Source: Macrostomum lignano
Taxonomy: Eukaryota
Direction: 5' to 3'
Assembly (NCBI GenBank): GCA_002269645.1
Contig: NIVC01000172.1
Coordinates: 18,535 to 82,534, forward strand
DNA length: 64,000 nt
Position 1 is the stretch's first letter. The number at the start of each line of letters is the position of its first letter. Below the pieces are notes generated by a model that worked only from the letters and a program-made list of their open reading frames with translations, had not been told where the DNA came from and did not search any database. The translations under genes were made by a program, and so were the position numbers. Positions 1 through 12,209 of this stretch are shown piece by piece.

Positions 1-115
1 ACTTATAAGCCTACCCAAATGCATTCTACTGTCTGTTTTATAAGGTCTGTTATGTAGAACTACATAACAAGTATTAATAACTTCATGAAAACGATGAAAA
101 GCATAACAGACATAC

Positions 116-257
116 CTTCAGTCTCTTTACCCGAAGTGATCTGCTTTAAATATCGATTGCGTAGATAAATGAACCAGCTAGTCAAGGCAGTTGCGGCGCC
201 TACACCAAACAACGCCAATGTTCGCCGACCAAGTACATGGTTTAGTGACAAAGCCAT
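116..257 (-). CDS. Probable first coding exon of a minus-strand gene leaving the window; short hydrophobic segment
   Basis: ATG at 257 reads MALSLNHVLGRRTLALFGVGAATALTSWFIYLRNRYLKQITSGKETE up to a donor GAAG|GTATGT at 116/115. Confidence 0.45.
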
Positions 258-955
258 TTGTATGAGTCAATTTCTTAGGTATGGGGTTCAAAGAACAGTT
301 TTTCAGGTTGTGATAACTTCACAGACTGAAAAGTGTAGACCTGTTTAGTGTTTATCAATCACACAATCATAATCTGATGTCGTAGAAAAGTATGTCGCGA
401 CAATTACATTAAATTTTTGACTAATTAACTTAACAAACGTAAGCCTGTATGAATTATTTTTCTATTGTTACTAGTAAATAAAAGCCTTTACCAATTTGAA
501 CAGAAATTATTCTACTTTTTACTAACATGGGAAGTAATTGACTTTTAATTTGTTCGTTAATACAATGTTAGACAATTGTAATACAGGCATACAAGCTGCT
601 TCTACGTTGCTTAGATATTGATCATGAGCATATATGCGCAATCATGCAAACCAAACTCCTCTGCAGAAGGTAGTGCTGCATCACCAAACTGTTTAGAAGT
701 GTACGCGTAGTGTGATATCGTAATCTATCACGCTTGCCAGTTACAGCTACATGTACAATAGGTGTGGTTCCTTCTAGTATAGCCGATAATATACTGCAGG
801 CGACTATTAATGAATAGATAAGGTAGTCAGTTACGTTGCACACCGCATTTTAGATTGAATTTTTGAGAAAGAATCTTATTACTTTTTTTCTTCAAAAAAA
901 CTAGCGCTACAGATGATGTCGAAAACTGCCCTGATTGTACATGTATTTTTAGTCT

Positions 956-1387
956 ATGGTGTCTTTGCTCAGCAAAGAAAAATCTAGCAGAGTCGTAAAG
1001 AAGCCCACTGAATGCTTTTTAGCTAACAATAATTTAAGTAAAAAGCTTCGCCAGCATCGTCCATTAAGTAATTATCGATCACTATATCGCTCGAGCATGC
1101 CTTCCTCGCCGTCCAAGAAGTACGATCTGGACCTCGCTTACCAGAAAGAAAAGGTTCACACCTGCGAAACTCAGGCCATTCGTTATACGGACCTATCGCG
1201 AATGATCGGCAGGAACTTCAATCAAATATTCGAACAGTCGATGACGTTTGACGATGATGACGACCAGCAGCAGCAGGGCCAGGGCGAGGGGTGCGGGGCC
1301 AGGCGGGACGCCAGTCAGGGTGACCTCATCCAAGGAGTCTCTTCGTCATCCGACCAGCTTCCGTCAAACTCTGGAGCATCAAAGTAA
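956..1387 (+). CDS. Uncharacterised 143-aa ORF or terminal exon
   Basis: Acceptor-like TTTTTAG at 946-952, 3 nt before the ATG; GC-richer coding-like 3' half (DDDDDQQQQ); AATAAA near 1607. Confidence 0.45.
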   Translation: MVSLLSKEKSSRVVKKPTECFLANNNLSKKLRQHRPLSNYRSLYRSSMPSSPSKKYDLDLAYQKEKVHTCETQAIRYTDLSRMIGRNFNQIFEQSMTFDDDDDQQQQGQGEGCGARRDASQGDLIQGVSSSSDQLPSNSGASK

Positions 1388-1951
1388 TGGCCATATCGTC
1401 CAGGCAGCAACGAAAGTCTACATAAACTTCTCTTGCTACACTTATCTATCCATTTCAATGAAAAAACCTACTTCTCTTTGTTTTGCAGTCGACTCTCTCT
1501 AGCAAGAAGCGACACTTGAATAATATTTTCATTTGTTTTTTTTAAGTGTAGCTCGTACTGCACTATTTGAAATGGTGCAGAAATGGTTTGCCTTGATAAT
1601 CATCAAATAAATAAACAAAAAATGTATCAATTTTCGAACCGGTGTTTTCAAAGAATCATAGCCGATATGCTTTACTGTATATTTGCTTGTGTCTTCGATC
1701 ATTTATTCGAGATTTATCAGGGAGAATAAAGTTTCAGGATAGAAATATGCATAAATATTCTAAGCCAGAGTACATGTATATAAAATTCCTATCTGGCTAT
1801 GCCAGTTAAAGCGAATTTCGGTCTTTTGACGTGATCTATGGGTGACCCGGTTTAACACAAGGAATTATCTATATGTATCCAACGGACATTGGGTGAGTAC
1901 TCCGAGCAGATAATTCTGTGCTGCTAGAGAAGCAAGGGGGGAAACAATGAA

Positions 1952-3037
1952 TCAATGTTCTTCGTGCAGCATCGATTGCAGCTCGGCAAAGGTCGGCTTC
2001 CGTTTCAGCAGCATCCGCTTGATCCTGTCAACCTCGGTGTTGCCGTAACTGAACGGCGACTCCATGAGGCCGCTCCGGCTGGCCGTGGTGCTGGGCCGGG
2101 AGCTCTCGATGCTGCTGGTGCCAAGCAGATCTTCCGGCTTCTCCGGATTGGCCAGCTGCCAGAGCGCTATTTCAACTCGCTGCACGTCGCTGTAATCCCG
2201 CACAGTCGCGTAGATGCCGCGCACCTTAATGCCGAACCGAATCAGCTCGAGTTTCGGCTCGTTCTTATTAAACGTGATCACCCAACGGTTCTCCATGCCT
2301 TTGACGTTGACGGTGCTAGCCAGAGGCAGAAACTGGATGCACTGGACGACGTACTGGCCGGCTAAAATCTCCAGCTTGCTGTCGATGGCCATTTTCACCT
2401 CCGAATGGGTCACCTGGGTGCCTGCAGAGTAGAAGCATATAGGATAACTATATCAGCGATCCAAGCAAGATGAAGACAAGCAAAAATTATGAATTAAGTC
2501 AAATCGTGCACTTATATATTTTACTCTCAATTTTGAGCAATGTTAAATTAAAATCAAACTACATGAACTTTAATAGAGGCAATTAATCCTGTGCTAGATG
2601 AAGTACTAATAATTGACTGCACCAATGACTGCAGCAATGCAGAGTTAAGTGTCTTGCTCAAGGACACAAATTGTTCCAGTGGGATCGGGAATCGAACTCC
2701 CAACCTTTCAGTCGTGAGTCCGACGCTTTAACCACTAGGCTACAAGTAGGCTAAGTTGACAGTGCGGAAGCTGGAATCCAGCTCGTAGATACATGTAGTT
2801 AGTTCGCAGGTCTTTTGGGGCCACGGCCGACCCCGCAGCCCCCCCCGCCACCTGAGCAACCAAGTCACCTGGAAAGTTGAAGCACACGGTGAACGGCAAA
2901 GCGATAAACTTAGGTGGATCAGTGTTCCTGCAGTAAACTGGCCTGATGATTCGCTTCATGCCTTGATCCTCTTGCACCAATTTGCCAATGTGGCCCTTCA
3001 GGTTGGGCACTAAGTGTAGAATTTTGAACGGGTCCAT
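1952..3037 (-). CDS. Uncharacterised 2-exon gene, 212 aa; middle resembles an RRM-like fold of ZCCHC3/Tx1-ORF1p type (weak, by eye)
   Basis: Exons 3037-2869 and 2421-1952. Donor CCAG|GTGACT and acceptor CTGCAG|GC are both phase 1; total 639 nt, open. Acceptor CAG 1 nt before the ATG. Confidence 0.65.
2630..2745 (-). mobile_element. tRNA-derived SINE (family A), partial copy in an intron
   Basis: Reverse complement carries A/B boxes (TAGCCTAGTGG, GTTCGATTCCC) and GTGTCCTTGAGCAAGACACTTAAC, as in the copy at 9452. Confidence 0.8.
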
Positions 3038-3396
3038 TCTGCTGAATGCTGCAAGTTTTTTTTAATATTGAACAGCCAGGAATATTGGTTAGAAAGTTAG
3101 CTGAAGACTAATCAGGACGGCAGCTTTTAAGCGTTTTATCCTCCTTTCAAAATTACATGTAATTTCCTTTTCTTTTATTAATTATTTATCGCATTCAGCT
3201 GATTGCAAACTGCACAGTGAAGGTAATAAAATAAAGTGACTTTACAAGGCGAGCCTTTGTGAGTAGCAGCGTTAGGTGATCAGTACTTAGCTATAGGGAT
3301 ACTGCTTCCAGATAGCAGATGGCAACCAAATATAGTTGTATTCATAGCTCAACTCAGCTGCATGGCGTGCTGAGAACGCTAAATACTAAGCTAAAG

Positions 3397-4776
3397 TATA
3401 GCTTTTTGCAGCCTATTTGGGCTCGAATTAGATTTAATCCAAGATATGCTTGCCAAAGTAACGGAGCTTTTGTCTATGGTAGCAAGGCTGGCACAGCAGC
3501 AGTTAATTTGGTCCAACAAGCATCAATTTGGTCCATAGCGGCTATGAAAGCCAATCACAAGTTAAAACTGTGTAATGCGATTTATTTGAGCAAATTTCAC
3601 TGTACCAACACAAGGTGACGTCAAAAATCTAATCTGCTTAACTATAGCAAAGTATAAAGTCAAAACACATGTTTGATGAAAAGAAGAAAAGCGTGTTAAA
3701 TTAACTTTTTTCCTTGCCATGCAAGTGGCCATGAAGCGCAGCATCAGCCTGTACCAACCTGAACTCTTTAAAGGTGTGATGGCAGCTGTAGCGGCATTGG
3801 CAATGCGGTGAAGCACTATGTACTCTCCATTGGCCAAGGGTGGTGTTTAGGAGGCGGCTGATCAAGCTCTAGTTGGTTGGCCGGGTCACTGAGCTCCTGT
3901 TTGATTGCAGCCTTCAGGCAAGAATAGACAGCCTTGACAGGATTTAGAAATGGGGAGTATGGTTGCAATGTGATGAGCTTGGATCCTGTCCTGATGTACT
4001 TCCGAAATGCTCCGTTATGAAACCGCGCATCATACAAAATGACGCGCATCTGTTGGGCATCCAGTCCATGAACTTTGAGTAGAGACTGCAGCAGTTGACT
4101 GATGGTCGGTAAAACCGCTTGCAGTACATTCACTTGCTGACCTCGACGACGACCACGACTTTGAGTCGAAATGCTAAATCCAGTCTCGTCCAGATAACTC
4201 GTCCGGGCTGTTGCGTACATGTACGAGCGTACTTCTGGAAGGTCAGCGTCTCTACCAAGATTTTCAGTGTTATCAGTCGCTTTTCCAGAGCTCTGCTGAT
4301 GGTCGAAATGCTGAAAAACAAATAGAACTGTTCTTTCAACTTCGGCTGCATTTTCTGCAACGTCAACAAAGGGTTTGTCTCAATTGCATCGAGTAGCAGT
4401 TGGACCTGAGGCTTCCGTAACTTGTTTTGGCGATTTCTGTCCCTCCGCAGACGATCTCTGCTTCCAGTGGTTTCAACACGCTGACAGATTCTTTAAAGCG
4501 TCTTTTCTTTGACACTCAGCAACTTTGCAATGTCCTTTAGGTGTTCACCTCCGTCCGATGCTTTGATCACAAGCTCATGGCGTTCGTTGGACAGTCTAGA
4601 GTATATGGTCTACGATTCCACTACTGATACTGCTCAGCAGTTTCAACAGTTTCAAATGAATCATTGCTTCTGTCCTCACTGCTTGTGTCAGATATGTCTA
4701 CATTAAAGTCTAGGGGTGAAAATATGGAGCTGCTATGGACAAAATTGATGCTTGTTGGATCAAATTAAATGCTGCT
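3397..4776 (-). mobile_element. Decayed IS630-Tc1-mariner transposon: left TIR plus frameshifted transposase
   Basis: Minus-strand fragments: HTH region (LKDIAKLLSVKEKTL...SISTISRAL), YLDETGF, DARFH, PYSPFLNPV. The ~140-bp left arm at 3397 matches the MITE arms at 8247 and 9103. The inner part of the right arm is at 4732-4776. Confidence 0.85.
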
Positions 4777-4789
4777 CTACAACACTTGC

Positions 4790-5525
4790 TCGTGTCTATG
4801 GTCTTGCAACACTCACTAGTGTCTATGGTCTTGCAACACTCACTAGTGTCTATGGTCTTGCAACAGTCGCTAGTGTTGCAACACTCACTAGTGTCTATGG
4901 TCTTGCAACAGTCGCTAGTGTCTATGGTCTTGCAACACTCGCAAGTGTTGCAACAGTCGCTAGTGTCTATGGTCTTGCAACACTCGCTAGTGTCTATGGT
5001 CTTGCAACAGTCGCTAGTGTCTATGGTCTTGCAACACTCGCTAGTGTTGCAACAGTCGCTAGTGTCTATGGTCTTGCAACACTCGCTAGTGTCTATGGTC
5101 TTGCAACAGTCGCTAGTGTCTATGGTCTTGCAACACTCGCTAGTGTCTATGGTCTTGCAACACTCGCTAGTGTCTATGGTCTTGCAACACTCGCTAGTGT
5201 CTATGGTCTTGCAACACTCGCTAGTGTCTATGGTCTTGCAACACTCGCTAGTGTCTATGGTCTTGCAACAGTCGCTAGTGTTGCAACAGTCGCTAGTGTC
5301 TATGGTCTTGCAACAGTCGCTAGTGTTGCAACACTCGCTAGTGTCTATGGTCTTGCAACAGTCGCTAGTGTTGCAACACTCACTAGTGTCTATGGTCTTG
5401 CAACAGTCGCTAGTATCTATGGTCTTGCAACACTCGCTAGTATCTATAGTCTTGCAACAGTCGCTAGTGTCTATGGTCTTGCAACAGTCGCTAGTGTCTA
5501 TGGTCTTGCAACACTTGCTAGTGTC
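4790..5525. repeat. 27-bp minisatellite GTGTCTATGGTCTTGCAACACTCGCTA with 18-bp short variants
   Basis: Tandem units read directly. The ORFs at 4735 and 4752 are translations of the repeat. Confidence 0.95.
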
Positions 5526-6025
5526 TGTTCACACTTTTCTTATTTGGAATTCTGTCGAATTTAATACAGTAGAAGCATGTGGTAGCACAGAAGAATAAGT
5601 GTCGCATTTGTTCAAAGTTGGTCGCCAATCAAAGCTTGAAATTTCAGTAAGTCAAATAGGTAGTAAAAATAAAAGACAATATGCCTTATATATTTTTAAC
5701 TATTGAATAATACTTAGAAGCGTGAGTTCTTGGTCTTTTTTCTGTTGTGGAACGCACAGCTTGTATTTTTGTTTAAAATGTAAAAAGCATAGCTTATTCG
5801 ATGGTACGCATTGCCGAAGTTCGAAACAGCAAGCAAAACTTTTAAGTCGATGGCTCAATGAGTTGAGTCGAGTGAGCAATGGAAGATTTATAATATTCCG
5901 GGCGAATATCGCGTGGAAGAACACTATTTTCTTAATTTATTACTTGCTAGCTTAGTAATTAAAATATTGATTAAGAATATGTTGGTTGGAAGTCACTGTC
6001 GAGAAGACTGTTACGCGACAGTCGC

Positions 6026-6368
6026 TTACAGGCCGGCCTTGTACACCAGGATGGCAAAGGGGCCGTTCTGGAAGTAGCCGAAGGTGCTCTTCTCGTGCGT
6101 CACGTAGCTGGAAAGTCAGGCGGCAATGAGTAGTTGAGTTTATTTATAGCTGATAAAATTTCAGAAGAAGCGCTGCGTGAAACTCTCACCTAGCGTAGTT
6201 GCGGCCAACGGTCACCTGCCAGGTGGGGGTGAACTTGCTGTCCAGCCTCTTCTTCAGGTTGCTGGCGATGCCATCGTCGTCCTTGTACTCGGCGCAGATC
6301 TCGTTGATCAGAGCGAGGACGTCCGGCTTCAGCTCGGGGGACATGTCACCCTTCTGGAACTGCGCCAT
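6026..6368 (-). CDS. Dynein light chain LC8-type protein, 86 aa, 2 exons
   Basis: Exons 6368-6190 and 6107-6026; intron AG|GTGAGA...TTTCCAG|C. Motifs IASNLKKRLDSKFTPTWQVTVGRNYASYVTHE and YFQNGPFAILVYK match the DLC family. Confidence 0.93.
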
Positions 6369-6457
6369 TCTGACTGAGTTGTTTGAGCTTGAGCTTGAAT
6401 GAGTTGCTTCAAAAATTCGAGTGGTGTGCGGTTCTGCACCGCGGCCCGAACGTCTTC

Positions 6458-6511
6458 ATTTTATATCGCCAGCGAGAGAAGCTTTGGGGTGCCCGCCAAG
6501 CCCGCCATTGG
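6458..6511 (-). promoter_or_regulatory. TATA box and CCAAT box of the dynein light chain gene
   Basis: Minus-strand TATAAAA near 6465-6459 and CCAAT at 6511-6507, upstream of the ATG at 6368. Confidence 0.6.
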
Positions 6512-7481
6512 TCGAGCCGCACCCACTACGCTGGGTCTTAGCTGCAGCTAAACTCCAGCTGGACTGGCCCCTCAGGCTGTTCAGCTGAGAATGCAGCCAG
6601 CTTGAAGCTAAAAACTCCTAGTCAGGAAATTTACCTCAGAGACTGGTCTGCGTTGAGCTGCATCTTTTTGTTTCTTCTTTTGTGCCGTTCTAACCCACCC
6701 TCCACCCGCAGTAGCGAGTGGTGCGAGGGCTGCGTCAACGGCGCGCGCCGCCCTGGGGCAACAGGCGAACCGGGTCACGCTGCCATTGTAGTCACTTCTG
6801 CAGGTAAAGTATGCACGCTCGCAGCCCCCGTGCTCTGGAATTCTCTTTTCTCTCTCTTTTGTGTCGCACAGCACAGTCTGAGTCTATGCTGAACTCACTT
6901 TGCTGCATTCCTGCGGCCCACAGCTGCTGTAGTAGTTGTAGCTGCTTTCCGAAAAGTGACCCAACCCTCCCTCCTCTTTCAGAGAGTTTGAATGAAGCTG
7001 AATGGGGCATATGCACTCTGCTCAATGAATATTCAATGAGTTAGAAAGGAAGCAAAGATGCAGTTTTGAAAGAGACTGGAATTTTCGGGCAAAAATTCCC
7101 CGTTATGCTCTTACGCTAGTAGTGTAGTTCAATATGTTTATAGTGGAATATCGATGACAACCCGTCATATGTACTTCTTATAAAGCCAGCAGATTTGATC
7201 ACCATCGCTGACTTCATAGTCCCTAAAAACTACAGTCCTCATCTTCCTCAGGCTGGCCGCAGACACCTCAGCTCGAAAGCGGTTTTCACGGGAGTTTGTG
7301 ATAGACGTTACGCTAGCTAATCCTGATGAAAAAAATAACGACGAAGAGTCTACCTCTACCTCTGAACCGAATATATAACTAACCATTGACACTAGTTCTG
7401 GCACATTGACACTAACTCAACAATTCCCAACTTCAGTTAACCTGAACGCGATTGAGCTGTGCTCTGAACGCGATCCTGATG

Positions 7482-7915
7482 GGTGGTGGCTGATCGTGAT
7501 GGACGGGCCACACTTTCATCGCGGGGTTGTGATTCACCAGCTGCAGCAGCGCATCTCAGTTCGCATCCTGCCAACCTACGCTCCATTTCTGAATCCGTCC
7601 GAGCTGGCCAACAGCGCTCTGAAGGCTAAAATTAAATGCCGCTTGGTCGAGACGGAATTGATGGAGAAGGAGGCTGCTCCTCCTGAAGACGTGATGCTGG
7701 AAGACTGGAGATTCATGCTAATGGAACGAGAAGCCCGCGCGGCCGTAGCTGAAACTATCACAGCAGACAAGGCGGCAGCGTGGGAGCTTCATTGCTCTCG
7801 TCTGTTCGGTTTGTGCATCGAAGGTCACCAATTTTCTCCAATTTTTGCATGCTACATAACTCAAAAGCTGGACCGTTTAAAATTAGCTTTCGATTCTGTT
7901 TGCGTTTGTATTTAG
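7482..7915 (+). pseudogene. IS630-Tc1-mariner DDE transposase C-terminal fragment
   Basis: WLIVMDGPHFH...LPTYAPFLNPSELANSALKAKIK; tail alignable by eye to the 3562-4220 fragment; no N-terminus. Confidence 0.8.
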
Positions 7916-8246
7916 TTTTTATCGTATTGTATTCAGTTCTTGACATTCTACAGTTTTATAGCTCATTGTCGTAAACTATGTCATAGACATTGTCATAGAA
8001 TATAGAAATAGGCGTGGAAAAGCACTGAATTCTAAACTTGGTTGGCTTTTTTGGCCTTTTTATGTCTATGGCCAAGAGTAGTGTCGATGCTAAATCAACG
8101 GAAAGGTTGGGAACACTCGCTGACTGCGCAAAGCGGATTCTCAAGGTTGGCTTTATTATCAACTAAACATTTAAGCACTCAAAACCAAGAATTGAATCCT
8201 ATATTATATGAATCGATCAACATCGCTTTCAGGAAGTCTATACTAA

Positions 8247-9103
8247 TATAGCTTTTTGTAGCCCATTTGTGCCTACGCACATTGAATTTAATCCAAAATG
8301 CGTTTGTCAATGTAATGGTGCTTTTGTCTATGGTAGACTGGCGAATGGCTCAGGAGCGTTTGGACCAAATTGATGCTTGTTGGACCAAATTGATGCTTGT
8401 TGGACCAAATTGATGCTTGTTGGACCAAATTGATGCTTGTTGGACCAAATTGATGCTTGTTGGACCAAATTGATGCTTGTTGGACCAAATTGATGCTTGT
8501 TGGACCAAATTGATGCTTGTTGGACCAAATTGATGCTTGTTGGACCAAATTGATGCTTGTTGGACCAAATTGATGCTTGTTGGACCAAATTGATGCTTGT
8601 TGGACCAAATTGATGCTTGTTGGACCAAATTGATGCTTGTTGGACCAAATTGATGCTTGTTGGACCAAATTGATGCTTGTTGGACCAAATTGATGCTTGT
8701 TGGACCAAATTGATGCTTGTTGGACCAAATTGATGCTTGTTGGACCAAATTGATGCTTGTTGGACCAAATTGATGCTTGTTGGACCAAATTGATGCTTGT
8801 TGGACCAAATTGATGCTTGTTGGACCAAATTGATGCTTGTTGGACCAAATTGATGCTTGTTGGACCAAATTGATGCTTGCTGGACCAAATTGATGCTTGT
8901 TGGACCAAATTGATGCTTGTTGGACCAAATTGATGCTTGTTGGACCAAATTGATGCTTGTTGGACCAAATTGATGCTTGTTGGACCAAATTAGATGCCGC
9001 TGTGCCAGCCTTGCTGCCATAGACAAAAGCTCCATTGCATTGGCAAACGTATCTTGGATTAAATTAAATGCGTGTAGGCCCAAATGGGCTGCAAAATACT
9101 ATA
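8247..9103. mobile_element. Non-autonomous Tc1-family MITE: ~100-bp inverted arms around a 20-bp tandem array
   Basis: TATAGCTTTTTGTAGCCCATTTG...TTTTGTCTATGG at left and CCATAGACAAAAG...CAAATGGGCTGCAAAATACTATA at right are inverted repeats. Confidence 0.85.
8361..8991. repeat. 20-bp tandem array TGGACCAAATTGATGCTTGT, about 31 near-identical units
   Basis: Read directly; one visible variant unit near 8880. Confidence 0.97.
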
Positions 9104-9451
9104 TTTATCTTTCTCATTTTCATAGCTCATAACTGTGGCGGTGTTTTATCATACGAGCTATCCTAGGAAATTTCAGAATCTGATGCAAACATTTGCGCCC
9201 AATTGAATGAATAAGTTTTGCAAATTTAAACTTGGCAGTTTAGCAGCTGCTGCAGCCGGGCTGTGAGGTTTTGCTGCATCCAACTCACAGCCCACACAGT
9301 TCCCATTTACGATTATCTTTTATCCCTAACCAAGTTTTTGATCAGCAAAAAATTCTCCAAAGAAGAGTTGGAAAATGAGGCCATGGAGTTTTTTGTCCAG
9401 AGTTGGCAAATTTTACAGATCTGGCTTTGTGCGACTGGCAACTCATGTTGA

Positions 9452-9725
9452 GGGGGTTGCAGCCTAGTGGTCAGAGCGTCGGACTCACGACTGAAAGGTC
9501 GGTGGTTCGACTCTCGAACCACTCGGAACAATTTGTGTCCTTGAGCAAGACACTTAACTCTGCATTGCTTCAGTTCATCCAGCTGTAAAATGGGTGCCAG
9601 CATTAGCTGGGTTTGAGGGTGTGGCGACCCAGCATTCCATGGACTGAACAGCCGTACGCAGCCTTCAGATGCGCCGCGCAACAGCTGCGGCTGAGCTGTC
9701 GGTTGCATCTGGCCATATCAGGGCA
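9452..9725 (+). mobile_element. tRNA-derived SINE (family A), near full length, CORE/V-like central domain
   Basis: A box TTGCAGCCTAGTGG, B box GGTTCGACTC, central GTGTCCTTGAGCAAGACACTTAACTC; related copies at 2630, 21491 and 63170. Confidence 0.88.
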
Positions 9726-10629
9726 GGTGTATTCAGTTAGTATTAGTTATTGTTGAGTTAATATTACATATACATATGCTTTTCGCTCTGAATAATTATA
9801 ATTCGTCAAAAAGCGCAAGAACTTTATGGATGACTGGGTATAATACTTCAAGTAGCACGAGTCTCTTTTTTCAGAACATTCTGCTGCCCGCTAAGACCAA
9901 ACTAAAACCAAACCACTCATGGAAAAGATAAATTTAGAATTCAACAATCTGCAGTCTATAGAGGTGTCAGAGTCCAATTACACAGAACAGGTACAAACCA
10001 AGCTTATAAGCAGATTAGCAATTAAAATTCACCTGCCTTCGCTATGCAAATCAACTAAACTACATGTTTTTTTTCAAATCAGTTGGAAATGAATTACAGT
10101 GAAGGGTAAAGATAAGGTAAATTGAACAAGTTAGAGAAACTCGTTAGGCAATTCATTAGATTTGCGTTGCAATCAACTTGTACAAATATTATCGTAACCA
10201 AGCTGATGACATTCACAGCACACGTGATTGCAGGCAAACCAGGTTGCTGCGAGATCAGCTCTATCTACCAGGGGCCGAACAGAGAGAATTTCGCTGCAAC
10301 TTTCACTGTGCGCTTTCCATGTCTGCGCACCGATCTGCACTCTAGAGTCTTCGGCTTGTCGGCAATACGCAATTCAAACGCGAGCTTGTTGGGCAAGTGC
10401 AGTTCACCCCTCGTCTCCAGTCACCTTGAACTAGCTGTATGCTAATAAGTGTGACGCTTTATATGCTGGTACCGCCCACCACTAGATAAGTGGAGAACAC
10501 CTAGCACATAGCAGAAAAGTCGGCTATAGTGAAGCCAAGGTTAAATCAGGCTGCTACGTAAAGCGCTCTCACCTTTTGGAAGCAGCAAAATAGACTCACC
10601 AAGCCGATACCGAACAGTATTCAGCAGCA

Positions 10630-12209
10630 ATGACTCAACGTCGCAGCTCCTCAGGCGTCACAGCCTTCCTCGCGTTCTCCTGCTTCTCCGCCTTTCTCGG
10701 CGCTGTCTGCTTCGGCTGGAGCACCGGGGTGATCAACAATCCAAAGGCGAGCATCGTCCGCCTGATCAACGAGTCCACAGCGGCTCACTACGGTGTCCAG
10801 CTGACCGCGTACACAGCCGACGTGCTGTTCTCCGTGGTCGTGTCGATGTTCGCCGTCGGCGGCATGATCGGCGCTCTGGTCAGCGGCTACTGGGCCGAGC
10901 GGCTGGGCCGCAGGAACGGCATGCTCGTCAACTCTGGCGTTGGCGTGGTGGCCGCTCTCCTGATGTCGGTGGCGAAACCGGCTGGAAGTTTTGAGATGCT
11001 GATCATCGGCCGGCTGCTGATCGGCTTCTGCAGCGCTCTGTACACGGGGCTGGTGCCGATCTACCTGGCTGAGATCGCGCCCAGACAGCTGCGTGGCGGC
11101 ATCGGCGTGCTGAACCAGCTCGGCGTGGTGACCGGCCTGCTGCTGTCGCAAGCGCTCAGCATCCAGCAGGCACTGGGCGGGCCGCAGCTCTGGCCGATTT
11201 TGTTCGCTATTGCCGGCCTGCCAAGCGTCTTGCAGCTCGCCTGCCTGCCGGCCTGCCTGGAGACGCCGCGGCACCTGCTGCTCACCAGACACGACGAAGC
11301 TGCAGCTCGCTCGGCTCTGTGCCAGCTGCGCGGCGTCGACAAAGGAGACAGCGAGGACAAGTCCATCGACGAGGAGTTGGCGGAGATTCGCTCCGAGTTG
11401 GACGGCCAAACCGGTCAGGAGCAGCGGCAGGGCTGCTCGCGCCTCGCTGCCCAGTGGCGGCCTCTAATTGTGGGGATTGTGCTGCACCTGTCCCAGCAGT
11501 GGTCAGGCATCAACGTCATCTTCTACTACTCAGCTGATCTGTTCCAGGGCGTCGGAGCATCAGAGTCGGCGGCACAGCTGGCCACTATCGCGGTCGGTGC
11601 CATCATGGTGGTGATGACGCTCGTGTCCGTGCCGCTCATGGACCGGGCTGGCCGGCGGACTCTTCACCTGGCGGGCCTGGCGGGCATCACGGTGGCCTCC
11701 GCTCTCTTCACTGTGCTGTTCAGCGTCGGCCAGCAGCAGAAAGTCAACGGCGCGGTGCCAGCCGGCCTCGCTGGGGGAGCATCGCATCCGCGCTGCTCGT
11801 CGTGGTGTTCTTCGCCATCGGTCCCGGCTCGATCCCCTGGATGATGATGTCGGAGATGTTCCCGCAGGACTCTCGCTCAGCGGCTAACGCTGTCGGCGTG
11901 CTGGTGAACTGGCTGGCGAACTTCACCGTCGGTATGTTGTTCCCCGTGCTACTGGACGGCCTCGGCTCGCTGGTGTTCGTGCCGTTCACCGTCCTGACGG
12001 CCGCGTTCCTTGCCCTCCTGTTCCTGCGCATGCCGGAGACCAAAGGTCGCAGCATCGATCAAATCGTTGCGTCGTTCAGTCGCCATGGAGACCGGGGTGG
12101 AGGCTCAGTAAGTCCCGAAATTGCGGAGCCAGCAAGCGAGGCGACCGTGATTCTCGGCAGCACAGGCCTGAACAGTGGAAGACCTGGCAGCGGCGGCAGC
12201 TACACCTAA
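10630..12209 (+). CDS. Intronless facilitated hexose transporter (SLC2A/GLUT class I-like), ~526 aa, one frameshift at G5 11773-11777
   Basis: Motifs GWSTGVIN, ERLGRRNG, IIGRLLIG, EIAP..LRG, QQWSGINVIFYYS, DRAGRR, FFAIGPGSIPW, PETKGRS. One added base in the G run joins the two ORFs (LAGGSIASALLVVVFF). Confidence 0.92.

Noticed and set aside
1955-2365. Plus-strand 136-aa ORF, and similar antisense ORFs over the GLUT, ASTE1, NWD and DAPK-like genes
   Set aside because: Shadow ORFs of GC-rich exons on the opposite strand or in another frame.
7165-7915. Fanzor/TnpB nuclease associated with the IS630-Tc1 fragments
   Set aside because: No RuvC or CxxC...DxNAA motifs in the adjacent ORFs; the 7165-7404 ORF could not be assigned.
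8288-9083. CRISPR-like regular repeats and three overlapping ORFs
   Set aside because: Head-to-tail repeats with no unique spacers, no cas genes, eukaryotic context. The same applies to the 23-bp array at 30600-35021.
9452-9525. Functional tRNA gene
   Set aside because: The head continues into a shared SINE body found in several diverged copies; no clean acceptor stem or terminator. The same applies to 55687-55759.
10122-10445. 107-aa ORF upstream of GLUT
   Set aside because: No motif and no supported splice partners.
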